Shown here one piece after another: positions 21,697 to 34,496 of a stretch of DNA of 64,000 nt (positions are counted from its first letter, which is position 1; each line of letters opens with the position of its first letter). The DNA is from Anaeramoeba ignava BMAN (Eukaryota; Protista; Anaeramoebae). The stretch spans positions 1 to 64,000 of the forward strand of contig JAPDFW010000093.1 in NCBI GenBank assembly GCA_028826165.1, given 5' to 3'. The notes under the pieces were generated by a model, which worked only from the letters and a program-made list of their open reading frames with translations, did no database searches and was not told the origin of the DNA. The position numbers were made by a program, and so were the translations under genes.

Positions 21697-24600
21697 TTAA
21701 TTATTTTTGGAAGTAACAATTCTTAAACGAGCTTGTTCTCTAATTTGATTTTTAATTAATGTAACAAGTTCTAATTTTTGAGCAACACAATCACAAACAC
21801 AAGTAAATTCATTTGGAAATTTAAAAGGAACAACTTGGAATAATAACTCTAAATTTTTTTCCGATTTTAATTTTAATTTTTATTTTAAATTTTAATTTTA
21901 AATTGTAAATCAATTTTAATTTCAAATTGTAAATAAATTCAAATTCTAAATTAATTTTAATTTTAAATTCAAATTTTAAATCAATTTTAATTTTAGTTGT
22001 AAATAAATTCAAATTTTAATTTTAATTTTAATTTTAATTTTATATTTTAATTTTATATTTTAATTTCAATTTTAATTTTAATTTTAATTTTAATTATAAA
22101 TAAATTCAAATTATAAATGAATTTACCATCAGAAGGAAATTCTCTAATAATAGCACGATCTAAAAGAAAAATTCCAATCATTTTTGATCTTTCTTTTTTA
22201 ATTGGTTTCGCAACCAAAATCATATCTGAAAACAACCAAAAATGAATATCCTTTGCAGTATTATCCTGAACAATTTGCAAATCAGAAGCTTCACGAATTA
22301 ATTTTCTAGCGGGATCAACAAAACCAAGTTCTTTAGGAAGACCTGAAAGAACGGATTCAATTCGGGCAAGAGTTTTTTCATTTTCGGAACTTTTCTTGAT
22401 ATCATTAACATAAGTAGCAACTTCAACAAGTTGCGAATAAGCAAGCATGATTTCTTGATAGGCGGAATGGGAACGCGCTGTGCTGCGCAGAAGCTCCTTA
22501 AAAAGAAGCGGATATTTAGTGATTCTTTGGATGGGTTTGATCAGGAAATCAAAAAGATCAAGACCTTTGCATTCGGGAAGATTTTCGCGCAAGGAATTCA
22601 AGTGTTTTGCACATGTTTCGTTGGCAATGCATTCCTTTGTACGCGCATCTGATGCCGTTTGATTCAAACAATAATTGGTATAAATTCTAAATTTGCTTGC
22701 GAAATTTGAAAAAATCGGACCGACCCGAATTTGCGAATAATTTTCATTTGATTTTTTAAATGCAGAATTTAACGTCTCCATTAATTGTTTATTTGTTTCG
22801 TAAATCTCGTCAATATTCGAGAAAATAACAGCAACATCTTCTTGTGTGATCAGGTTTTCCTTCAGCATTCCATCGCGGAAATGCGTGCGGATTGTTTCGA
22901 TATCGCGAATGTATTCTTCTTCCGTTTTCATGATTTCTGTTATGATATTCGTGACTCTTTCTGTTTTTGTTTTTTCGGGACTGGGGATCTCTTCGAGCAT
23001 CAACGGCGAAAGTTTTTCTGCCTCAAGCTCTTTCGCGGTGAAGTTGTATTCGGGCTCTTTGAATTCAGGGACAAATGCGCTGTTGATCAAGTTGTCCCAA
23101 ACAAGGAATTTTGTTGGCGCATCTTCGAAAAGAAACATTTCTCTTGATGGATCGTCTTCGAAGTAAATTTCGATTGCGTTTTTGACGACCAATTGCGAGT
23201 CGTCATCGTCTTTGTTTGAGTTATTTGGGATTTGGGCTATTTTGGAGTTGTTTTGGTTTTGGTTCGTTTTTGGATTGTTTGAATTGCGATAAAGATCCTC
23301 ATCATTATCAGGTATATTTCGAACAACACATGTTGAATATTCGACAAGAACTCTGAATTTCAATTTTCCTTTCTTGCCAATTTTCGCGGTGATAATCTCG
23401 TCGTTAAACAAGAAAAACCGTTCGTTTACGATTGTTGCTTGTTGTTGAGCGTTCATAAAAACGGTTTGAAGAATGCCTTCTGTAAGCAGCTCTCTTCCTG
23501 GATGAACAATGGAAATATCATCCAATCCATCGATTGAGTTCTCGATCTCTGCCAGACGCGCTTGGCCGTCATAGCGCCTGATCTGCTGCTGCGCAGTCGT
23601 CTTCTCCATGATCATCTCAAAGGATTCATACACCTGATAAATGCGTGCATACTCTCTGCGAGTGTGATCAAGAAGCATTAAAAGCGCCTTGAGATGGCGT
23701 AAATAACGCGCAATTTGTTTCAATGGGATAATCAAGAAATCTAGAAATTCAACGCCGCTTGCGCGTTTTTTGCAGCGTTGAAGAAGATCCCCAAATCCAT
23801 CGCGATCCGAGTGGAATAGAAACATGGAATACATTGCGTTGTCGAAATTTTCGGCCCAATCTTTAAATAATTCCGCTCGGATTTGCGAGATTGTTTTGTC
23901 AACATTTACCCAGTTGTTTTGTGCCGTTGAATCCTTTTGAAGCAGTGATAAAAAATCTGCGCTGTGTTTCAACAACAAATCAATATTCCCAAAAAGTGTT
24001 TCGCAGTCAAATTGCTTTAAAATTCCTGATCCACTTACAGGATCCACATAATGTTCCTTGAAAAGCTTTAAATCCGATTGGAAAACAGTCTCCATCTCAA
24101 GCATCAATTGGAGACTCTCGTTTTTGTCCTTCGGCGCAATTTCGGGCTCTTCTTGTCGCTGTTTTTCTTTCTTTCTTTGAAGCTCCTCTTTTCGTCGTTG
24201 TCGCTCCTCTTTGATTTGCTGTTCTTGCTCTCTTCGCGTTTGTTTTTCGCGCATTTTTCGTTCCCGTTTTTCTTGTTTTTCCTTTTCCCGAGTTTCTCTT
24301 TCTTTTTCTTTCTCTTTTTCTTTAATTTCTCTTTCTTTTTCTTTAATTTCTCTTTCTTTCTCTTTTTCTTTTTCTTTAATTTCTCTTTCTTTCTCTTTTT
24401 CTTTTTCTCGAATTTCTCTTTCTTTCTCTCTAATTTCTCTTTCTTTTTCTTTCTCTTTTTCTTTAATTTCTCTTTCTTTTTCTCTCTCCTTCTGTTTCTC
24501 CTTTTCCCGAATCTCTCTTTCCTTCTGCTTCTTCTGTTTCTCTTGTTCCTTTAACTGCTTTTCTCGCGCCTTTTCTTTCTTTTGATAAAACTGCTTTTTT

Positions 24601-26240
24601 CGATCAACCGTTTTTGCCTGAACAGAAGTAGGACGTGAAAAACGGTGAATTTTTCTTTTGGAAAATTTCCATTTCTTTTTTTTCTTGATTTTCGGTTTCT
24701 GATATGTTTCTGTATTGCTATCATTCACACTGAACGCGCGCACACGCTTCGAAACAGAAATACCGCCCGATATTTTCTCTTTCGGTTTCGAAGGTTTCGG
24801 CGTGTCCTTCGGCTTTGGCGCCTTGATTTTCTTTGCTTTCAACGGCTTATCCTTGACAACCTTTGCCTTGAGAGGTTTTGCTTTAGGAATTTTGAATTTT
24901 TTTGCTTTCATTGGCTTTTCCTTCACAACCTTTGCCTTGAGAGGTTTATCTTTTACAGGCTTGAATTTCTTAGTCTTTGATTTTTCAGGTTTGACTTTTG
25001 TAATTTTTGGTTTTTCAAACTTGGACTGGTCAACTTTTTCTTTATCGGTTTTTTTTCCGGTAATTGATCCAAAACTGAAGAATTTTTTACTTGGTTTTGC
25101 AGGCTCTTCTTTGGCCGTAGGTTTCAATACAGTAACACTAGGCTCAGTTTTTTGGAATGTAGGCCGAAGAACACGGACAGTGGGGTCTTGCCGTTGGAAA
25201 GAATAGGTGTCTCTCGACTCATAGGGAGACACAGAAAGCGTGACAGATTTACTGAGAGGAGTTGCATTAATAACAGTATTATTGCTTGTAAAATTTGTGT
25301 TTGAAGTCTTGTTAATTTGGGGTGCAAACGACTTCGAAAAGCTATTTGGCGGTGTAACACTGCGCGGTTTTCTTGAATCAATATCGTCGTTAGAGGTTTT
25401 TGCGATGGGGGTGTTTGTAGTTATAGAGTGCCATAAGGGGATATCAGGAAGTGTGACAGGTTTTTTGGGCGGAACCGTTCTTTTTTGGAAACTGAACTTT
25501 GGACCGGTGTAATTTGGAGGAAGAGGCGGTCGTTCTGGTCGCGGCGGTTTGGGACTCTCGCTTGTGTTACCCCATGATGTTTGCGGCTTTGGAAATTGAG
25601 GAGGTGCTGGTTTGGAAATATTTTTCTTTTCGGGAAATTTGACGTTTGAAACTTGAACATGAACCACCAATCTAGTTCCTAAAGTAGGTGGTTTTTTTGG
25701 GTAATTAGGCTGGGTAAATGAGAAATGACGATGTGGTGTTGGGAAGGAAACGCCTGCTCTTTGGGTTGGACTACTTATGTTGACAACTGTGTTTGAATTG
25801 CTTGTTATATTTGACGTGTTTGCTGTCACAACGCTTTTATTTCCGCTCGTCAATGGAGACGTTATGTTTGTTTTTGCCGTTGGAAAAGCAAATGTGGGAC
25901 TTGTGCTCTTTTTGTTTGTTGGCGATGTCCCGAATCTTGTTGTATATTGTGTCGTTGTTCGTTCGGTTGTTTGTGGTTTTGCTTTGGAGAACGTTATTGA
26001 TTTTGCTCCTTGTTCTGTTGGTAGTGAGTTCAATCGCGCAAGTGGTCTTTGGTTTGGTAACGGCGGTAGATTTCTTCGTGTTCCTATCCCACTTGTTTGT
26101 TGTTTCCGTTCTTCATTTGTTGTTGTTTCTTTCTTTCCACTTGAAAATGTTAATTTATTTGGTCGGATTACTGCTCTTGCTCCGTTGAAATTCTTTTTGT
26201 TCGTGTTTTGTGTTGTTTTTGGTGATGTTATTTGTGACAT
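21697..26240 (-). CDS. RhoGEF with two tandem DH-PH cassettes, Pro/Ser/Thr- and Lys-rich N-terminus and KE coiled coil; exons 26240-22127 and 21848-21697
   Basis: DH motifs EMETVFQSDL...FLIIPLKQIARY and EIMKTEEEYIRDI...FLIKPIQRITKYPLLFKELL; PH motifs RFFLFNDEII and HFWLFSDMILVAK. The final exon joins in phase. Confidence 0.93.
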
Positions 26241-26439
26241 TTTTGTTTCTTTTGTTTCAAAAAAAAATGAAAAATGAATTTAATAATTTTTGTTTTTTTT
26301 TTTGTTTTAATTTTTTTGCCGGAATGAAAAAGTGAAAAATGAAAAATGTTTTTTTTTTGTTGATTTGTTTTTATTTTTTTTTTTTTTTAATTTTTTTTTT
26401 ATTAAAAAAAGTTATTTTTTTGTTTTTCTTCTTTTATTT

Positions 26440-29400
26440 TTATTTTTCTTTTATTTCATTTTGAATTTGATTTTTTAATTGATTTTCATTTTGATTTTGA
26501 TTGTGATTTTGATTTTGATTTTCGTTTTCATTTTCGTTTTGATTTTGATTTTGATTTTGATTTTGATTTTGATTTTCATTTTGATTTTGATTTTTGATTT
26601 TGATTTTCGTTTTGATTTTGATTTTGATTTTGATTTTCGTTTTGATTTTGATTTTGATTTTGATTTTCGTTTTGATTTTGATTTTCGTTTTGATTTTGAT
26701 TTTGTTTTGATTTTGATTTTGATTTTGATTTTGATTTTGATTTTGATTTTGATTTTGATTTTCTGAGTTTTGATTTTGATTTTGATTTTGATTTTGATTT
26801 TGATTTTGATTTTGATTTTGATTTTGATTTTGATTTTGATTTTGATTTTGATTTTGATTTTGATTTTGATTTTGATTTTGATTTTGATTTTGATTTTGAT
26901 TTAATTTATATTTCAATATTAGTTTATGAGATTCGTTTTGGTTTTCATTTTGAATTTGATTTTGATTTTGATTTTCATTTTGATTTTCATTGTTATTTTC
27001 ATTTTGATTTTGATTTTGATTTTCGTTTTGATTTTGATTTTGATTTTCATTTTGATTTTGATTTTGATTTTCATTTTGATTTTGATTTTGATTTTGATTT
27101 TGATTTTGATTTTCATTTTGATTTTGATTTTGATTTTGATTTTGATTTTCATTGTTATTTTGATTTTGATTTTGATTTTTATTTTCATTTTCATTTTCAT
27201 TTTGGATTTGATTTTGATTTTGATTTTGATTTTCATTTTGATTTTGATTTTGATTTTTATTTTCATTTTGGTTTTGGTTTTGATTTTCATTTTGATTTTC
27301 ATTTTCAATTTGTATTTCATTATTATTGTTATTGTTGTTATTATTGTTATTATTGTTATTATTTTCATTTTCAATTTGTATCGCATCTTCAATTTCTATT
27401 TCTATTTCATTTTCTTTTTCATTTTCTTTTTCATTTTCTTTTTCATTAAATGGTTCGTTTTGAAGTAAACGATCACCAATTTGAAAACCAAAAGCACTTT
27501 TTCCTGAACTTAAAGATTTAAAATCCAACTCTTGAAGATAAGAAAATGAAGATTTAAAAAGAGTAAACCAATATTTTTGTTCAGGAGAAATAATAGAAAT
27601 ATCTCCAAATAACTCAATATATCTAATATTTGAAGGTAAATTTGGTGGATTTGTAACAACAATAACATAAATCTAAATTGAATCAAAAAATTAAATCAAA
27701 AAATTAAATCAAAAAATTAAATCAAAAAATTAAATCAAAAAATTAAATCAAAAAATTAAATCAAAAAATTTTTTGAATTTTCCAAATTATTTACAACAAC
27801 AGGAAGCATTAAATCTGCTCCAACTTCTTTTACTCCATTTAATAATAATATGTTATTTATAATTAAAGCACAACGAGCAAGTGTTTCGATCTTAAATAAA
27901 GGCGACTTATAATTATTAACAGACATAAATTTTTAAATGAATTTTAATTTTAAATGAATTTTTAAATGAATTTTTAAATGAATTTTAATTTTAAATGGAT
28001 TTTTTAAATGAATTTTAATTTACCCTCAATTGCAAAAATCCAAATTTCTTTAGAAAAAAAACGTTTTGGTATTTGTAAAAAATCTGATGATATCTTCTCT
28101 CGAAGTTCAGTTACTTTAATACTAAATAATTCATCTTCGTTTTGATATTGATCTTTTAAAAAATTGGGATAAAAAATACTGAAATTTTTTTTTTGGTTTT
28201 GTTTTGTTTTTTGAATAAACAAAAAACTAATAACTCTTTCTAAAAAAAAATTATTCATACTTTTCATAAATGCTCATTAAAACATAATTTTCAACAATAG
28301 TTGTTAAAATTGGAATAGATTCGGGAAATAAACGAACTAATGGTTCAGTTTTAAGTAAACTTGAAAGTAAATTGAAAAAATATTGTGCACTTGATTCCAA
28401 TTCAGGAAGATTATTTGAATTTAATATTTTATTTTTTGCTCCTTCTAATTTATCTTCATGTTTTTCTATAAATTTACTTGCTAATAATGATTTCACAAAA
28501 TGATTAAAAGAAGACATTCTTTCTAGAGTTCTTTTGGAAATTTCTTTAAGTTTATTTAGTATATTTTGATATTCATATCGTTGAGTAACAATTTTTTTGA
28601 TTAAATTTTGACGAGTTAAATGGCTCTAAATTTTTTATATTTTAATTTTAATTTCAAAATGAATTTTAATTTTAATTTCAAAATGAATTTTAATTTTAAT
28701 TTCAAAATGAATTTTAATTTCAATTTCAAAATCAATTTTAATTTTAATTTCAAAATGAATTTTAATTTCAAAATGAATTTTAATTTTAATTTCAAAATCA
28801 ATTTTAATTTTAAAAATCAATTTTAATTTTAATTTCAAAATCAATTTTAATTTCAATTTTAATTTCAAAATGAATTTTAATTTTAATTTCAAAATCAATT
28901 TTAATTTTAATTTCAAAATCAATTTTAATTTAACTGTCTTCATTTTCCACATTAAAGATAAATATCCTTTCTTCTTAATAGATTTAGGTAACTTTTCAAG
29001 ACTTTTTAAAGTTGAATCTATTAAACATGAAATATTTAAAGAATGAACAGCATGAGCAGCCTAAAATCAAAATAATTTTTTATAAAAAAAATTAAGCAAA
29101 TTCTTCAATAAATTATTAATTAATTAATTAATAAAAATTCACATCTCTTTCAGATTGTAAAATTTCAATAAATGTTTTTCCCTTATTATTATTAGAATTA
29201 ATAAAAGACATTTCGCAAAGTGTTTCGCTTAATTTTCTTTCAGCTTCATCAATTAAATAAGTATCTTTCTTTTCAATCTTTTTGGGTTGATTGGATTGAT
29301 TTGATTGTTGTTGAGTGAAAACATAAGCAGTTCTTGATCTTTCGGGTCTTTTTGATTTTGGTGATGCAATTCGCGAGAAAAAATCTACTACTTGCTTGGG

Positions 29401-32400
29401 AAGAATTGATTCTGTTTCAATATTTAACTTCATATTGATATATTTGTTTTCTTCTTCTTCAAGTAACTTTGGTGGCTTTCCAAATGATAATATTAATTGA
29501 ATTACTGGTGATCTTAAATGTGATTGATCCTCTTTTGTTGGTAATATTTCAGTTGCATATTCAAAAAGAAGTGAATGTAATACAAATAAATCATTCGGAC
29601 TAATTATGATACTTTCAATTTTTGGCATTTCAATTGTTTTGTTGATATTTTTCTGTTTTTGTTGTTGATTAATTAATTATCAAAAAATATATTTATTTTT
29701 TTTAATTATTTTTTTTTTACTTTTGGACTATTTGTTTTTTTTGAATCAAGATTATATCTTTCTGAAATTTGTGTAATTTTTCGAAAAATATTTGAAATAT
29801 CAATATTAAGATGATTCATTTGATCTCCAAATAATTGATTTGAAGTTCTAAGACTTGAATGTCCATAGCATAAACTCAATAAAATTTTTGCAATCTAGAA
29901 AAAATTATTCAAAATTAATTTACATTTTCCCAATTTTCTCTTTTTTTTTAAATTAATACTTGAGTAAAATTAAATCGATGAAATTTTGTTACATGAACAT
30001 CAGAAATAATTCCATAACGTTCTACAAATTTTTTGAAAAAAAAAAGATAAATTTAAATTCCTTTTTTTATTTTTCCAAAATTAAATTACAAACTATTTTT
30101 TTTTTCAATTAATTTTTATTTTAAAAAAAATGTTTTTGAATAATTTTATTTACCCTGGAGTTACAATACAAGGATTAATAAATTTAACAAATAAAAGATC
30201 TCCTAAAATTTTGTTTAATTCTGATTCTCTTTTATATTTAATGCATAAACTATGAATATAAAAATATTTAAAAAATATAAATTTAAAAAATATTTAAATT
30301 TAAAAAATATAAATTTAAAAAATATAAATTTAAAAAATATTTAAATTTAAAAAATATAAATTTAAATATACCCTTGAATAACGTTTGCTAACCATTTAAT
30401 ACCATCTGGAACTAAAGAAATTTTCTCTTCTATTGATTTTATAAATTGATTTACAAATGAAATCAATCTTCCAGTTGCTAAATTAAGAATAAAATCAATG
30501 AAAAATAAAATAAATTTCTAAAATAGAATTTAAAATTTAAAAGGAAAAATACCAGAAGTTTGCTCTTTATCAGATTCGTGTTGAAGAGAAAGCTTTAAAA
30601 AATTTTAATTTATAATTTTAATTTATAATTTTAATTTATAATTTTAATTTATAATTTATAATTTTAATTTAGATTTTATTTTATAATTTTAATTTATAAT
30701 TTCAATTTATAATTTAGAATTTTAATTTATAATTTTAATTTATAATTTTAATTTATAATTTTAATTTAGATTTCAATTTAGATTTCAATTTAGATTTTAA
30801 TTTAGATTTTAATTTAATTTTAATTTATAATTTTAATTTAGATTTTAATTTAGATTTTAATTTAGATTTTAATTTAAAATTTTTAATTTAGATTTTAATT
30901 TAGATTTTAATTTATATTTCAATTTAGATTTTAATTTAAATTTAATTAAAAAAAAATTATTTACAAGATCAAGTGAAGTTTCTTGAATAACTGCTAAAAT
31001 TGGTTCTCTTAAACTTGATGTAAGAAATTGGAATGATCCTGTGATTTTACAATAAGCAGAAAGTATTCTACTTAAAATTTTATTCGAAGTTAACATAAAT
31101 TTTGGATCTGGTTCTATAACTAATTGTTCCAATAAACAATCCTGAAAAAAGAATTGAATATTAAATTTAAATTTTAATTTTAATTTAATTAATGAATTTT
31201 AATTTTAATTTTTTACTTGAAGAAATGAACGAAGATTTAATTCTTCTTCTTCAGTTACAGCATTACCAAAAACAGAAAAAATAGAAGATTGAGAAAGAGT
31301 TTCTAAATATCTTCTTGATAATCCAACATTTCCAATAATAGCAGCAGCTAAAATTCTTGGATTCATTCTAATATAATAAATCATTTCTTGATATTGCTAA
31401 ATTTTTTAAAAAAAAGAATGAAATTTTTTGATATTAGATTTTAATTTTGATTTTAATTTTAAATTTTAATTTTAATTTTAATTTTAAATTTTAATTTTAA
31501 TTTTAATTTTAAATTTAATTTTAATTTCAAAATTAATTTTAATTTTGATTTTAATTTTAATTTTAATTTTAATTTCAAAATTGATTTTAATTTTAATTTT
31601 AATTTTAATTTTAATTTTAATTTTAATTTTAATTTTAATTTTAATTTTAAATTTTAATTTTAATTTTAATTTTAATTTTTAATTTTAATTTTAATTTTAA
31701 TTTTTAATTTTAATTTTAATTTTAATTTTAATTTTAATTTTAATTTTGATTTTAATTTTGATTTTAATTTTAATTTTAATTTTAAATTTTAATTTTAATT
31801 TTAATTTTAATTTTATAAATGAATTTTGATTTTAATTTTAATTTTAATTTTAATATTAATTTTTTAATTTCAATTTTAATTTCAATTTTAATTTTAATTT
31901 AAATTTAAATTTTATAAATGAATTTTGATTTCAATTTTAATTTCGATTTTAATTTAAATTTAAATTTTAATTTCAAAATTAATTTCAATTTTAATTTGAA
32001 TTTTAATTTTAATTTTAATTTTGAAATTGCTTGAATTGAATTTGTAATTGAATTTTTTTTTTACAGTAAATTCATTTGTTGTTAAAGGTGAATTTTGTTC
32101 ATATAATTCCACTTTCCATGGATTACTAATTCCTTTAGAATGTGGAATCAAATATTCAACATTCGCTATACTTAAATTTTCAAGAATTTTATTAATATTA
32201 GTACATTCAACCATATCTTTTTGAAGTTTTAACATCAATGAAGTGATTTCATCTTGAATTTCTTGAAGTGAATCTTGTTCTATTTTCAATGTCAGTTGTT
32301 TTTTTATTTTTTATTTTTTTATTTTTTTGTTTTTGTTTTTGTTTTTACCTGATTTAAAACATAACTTTTCTTTTTTTAAGAATTTTTGTAATTTAATTAA

Positions 32401-32433
32401 TTCTAAACCACTTTTTTCTGATTTTGAACTCAT
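26440..32433 (-). CDS. GAPVD1: GAPVD1/GAPex-5-like RasGAP plus VPS9 (Rab5 GEF) protein, about 14 exons, N/Q-rich tail
   Basis: N-terminus LQKFLKKEKLCFKSEQ; RasGAP-like SIFSVFGN...FLTSSLREPIL...GDLLFVKFINPCIVTPERYGIISD...RFNFTQIAKIL; VPS9 motifs YKSP, GADLMLPVVIYVIVVTNPPNLPSNIRYI, YWFT. Two junctions are not canonical as assembled (see findings). The C-terminal repeat contains frameshifts. Confidence 0.85.
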
Positions 32434-32613
32434 TTTATTTTGTTATTTTGTTTTGTTTTGTTTTATTTTGTTAATTTGTTTTGTTGTTTTTTTTTATTTT
32501 GTTTTTCGTTAATAAAGAATAAAAAGAAGAATGAAAAAAACAGAAAAAGAAAAAAATGAATTTTTTTTTTTTCATTTTTTTCCTTTTTTTTTAATAAAAA
32601 ATAATAATATAAA

Positions 32614-32988
32614 ATGGAAAATCAACAAAAAACTGTTTTAGAAATTATTGAAGAAGATGATATTTTTGAAGAATTTGAAGAAGGTTTTTATTAAATTTAT
32701 TCTTATTTTTTCAATTTAATTGAAAAACAACTTTTCTTTTTAATTTTTAAATTATTAATCACTTTTCAAAATTTTTAATAATAAAAGATTGGAAAGAGGA
32801 AGAAAAAAATCATGAAGATATGTTGCAATGGAGAGATGATTGGGATGAAGATGATATTGAAGATGATTTTGCTGAACAACTTCGTGTAAAATTTATTTTT
32901 AAAAAAAAAATCAAAATTTATTTTTATTAAAAATTAAAATTATTTTCAATTTAAAAATTAGGCTGAATTACAAAAAAATAAGAAATAA
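32614..32988 (+). CDS. SEM1: DSS1/SEM1, copy 2 (inverted near-identical duplicate)
   Basis: Same protein and the same two introns as 21097-21472; a synonymous TTA/TTG difference and a few intronic differences. Confidence 0.95.
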
Positions 32989-33203
32989 TCTTCTCTATTT
33001 TACATTCTTTTATTTCTTTCTTTTTAAATTACCTTTTTGTTTTTGAAAAATTTAAACAAAACAAAATTTAAAAAAATTTTCTTTTTTTTTTTTTAATAAA
33101 AAATTTTTTTAATTTTTTTCATTTTTTCATTTTTCATTTTTCAATTTTTTTTCTTTATTTTTTTTTCATTTATTATTTTTTAAGCATTTTCAAAAAGAAA
33201 ACA

Positions 33204-34118
33204 ATGAATAATTTCAATTCATTTAATTTAACAAATTCAATGAAAGTTGAATATTCAAATCAAGATTATTTACAAAAAAATTTTTATCAAGAATCAAATT
33301 CAATGGAGAATTTTAATAATTTAAATGAAAAATATTCAATTCGTTCAGAAAGTTCTCATAAAATTGTATCTCCTCTTCCAGTTAAAAATTATTCTGATAA
33401 TGAGTAAGTTTATTTTTATAATATTAAAATTAAAATTCATTTTGAAATTAAAATTCATTTTAAAATTAAAATTAAAATTAAATTTAAAATTTAAAATTAA
33501 AATTAAAATTGAAATTAAAATTAAAATTAAAATTAAAATTAAAATTAAATTAAAATTAAAATTAAAATTCATTTCAAAATTAAAATTAAAATTAAAATTA
33601 AAATTAAAATTAAAATTAAAATTAAAATTAAAATTAAAATTAAAATTAAAATTAAAATTAAAATTAAAATAAAAATTAAAATAAAAATTAAAATTGAAAT
33701 TAAAATTCATTAAAATTAAAATTTAAAAAATAGGAAAAAAAATCTTAAACATAATTTCTCTATTGAAAACGAGAAACCATTCTCTTTTTTATATTTCTAC
33801 ACTAACACAAACAATATTGATGATTTAATAAGCCCAAGAGATAGAAATCAAAATGAAAATAATTGGAAAACAAGTCAACCAACACTTCTTTCTGAAGAAA
33901 AATTTAATGCATTTATTGAAGAAAATAAAAATGAAAATAATAATAATAATAATTTGAAACCTATAAAAAATGAAATAAAAAATGAAATAGATTCAAATGA
34001 ACTTGAAAGAGCTAATAATCCTTTAAGTTTAGATTCAAAATTCAGAAGTTTTTGTGGTCATGTTCCTCGTGGTTCTGAATTAGGTTTACTTTCTGTTTCT
34101 CCTCCTTTGTTTAAATAA
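33204..34118 (+). CDS. Hypothetical Asn-rich protein; exons 33204-33403 and 33734-34118
   Basis: Initiator-like motifs upstream, and a GTAAGT...TAG intron joining in frame to an open exon ending ERANNPLSLDSKFRSFCGHVPRGSELGLLSVSPPLFK*. Confidence 0.8.
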
Positions 34119-34496
34119 TTTTTTTTATTATGAATTTTTTTGATTAATCCAAATCAAAAAAAAAAAATTTTTTTTTTCTATTTGTGATTTTATTTTTTTG
34201 TTCCACTTTTTTTTTTTATCAATTATTAAAAAGTAAAAAAGTTTTTTTTTTAATTTTAATTTTAATTTTAAAAAGAAAATTATTATTTAATTAATAAAGA
34301 AACCTTTTTATCTTTATTTCAATCTTATTTCTTTGAAAATCAAAATCAAATTCAAAATCAAATTCAAAATTTAAAATGAAATTTAAAATGAAATTTCTTT
34401 CTTTTTTTTTTTTTGGGAAATTTTGAATGTTGTTTGAATTTAAGAGAAAACAAAATGAAAAATAAAAAAAATATTTTTTTTGAGTGTGAGAATTAA

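Noticed and set aside
22431-26277. Antisense ORFs over the RhoGEF gene
   Set aside because: Expected shadows of a GC-richer, repetitive coding strand; no recognisable motifs.
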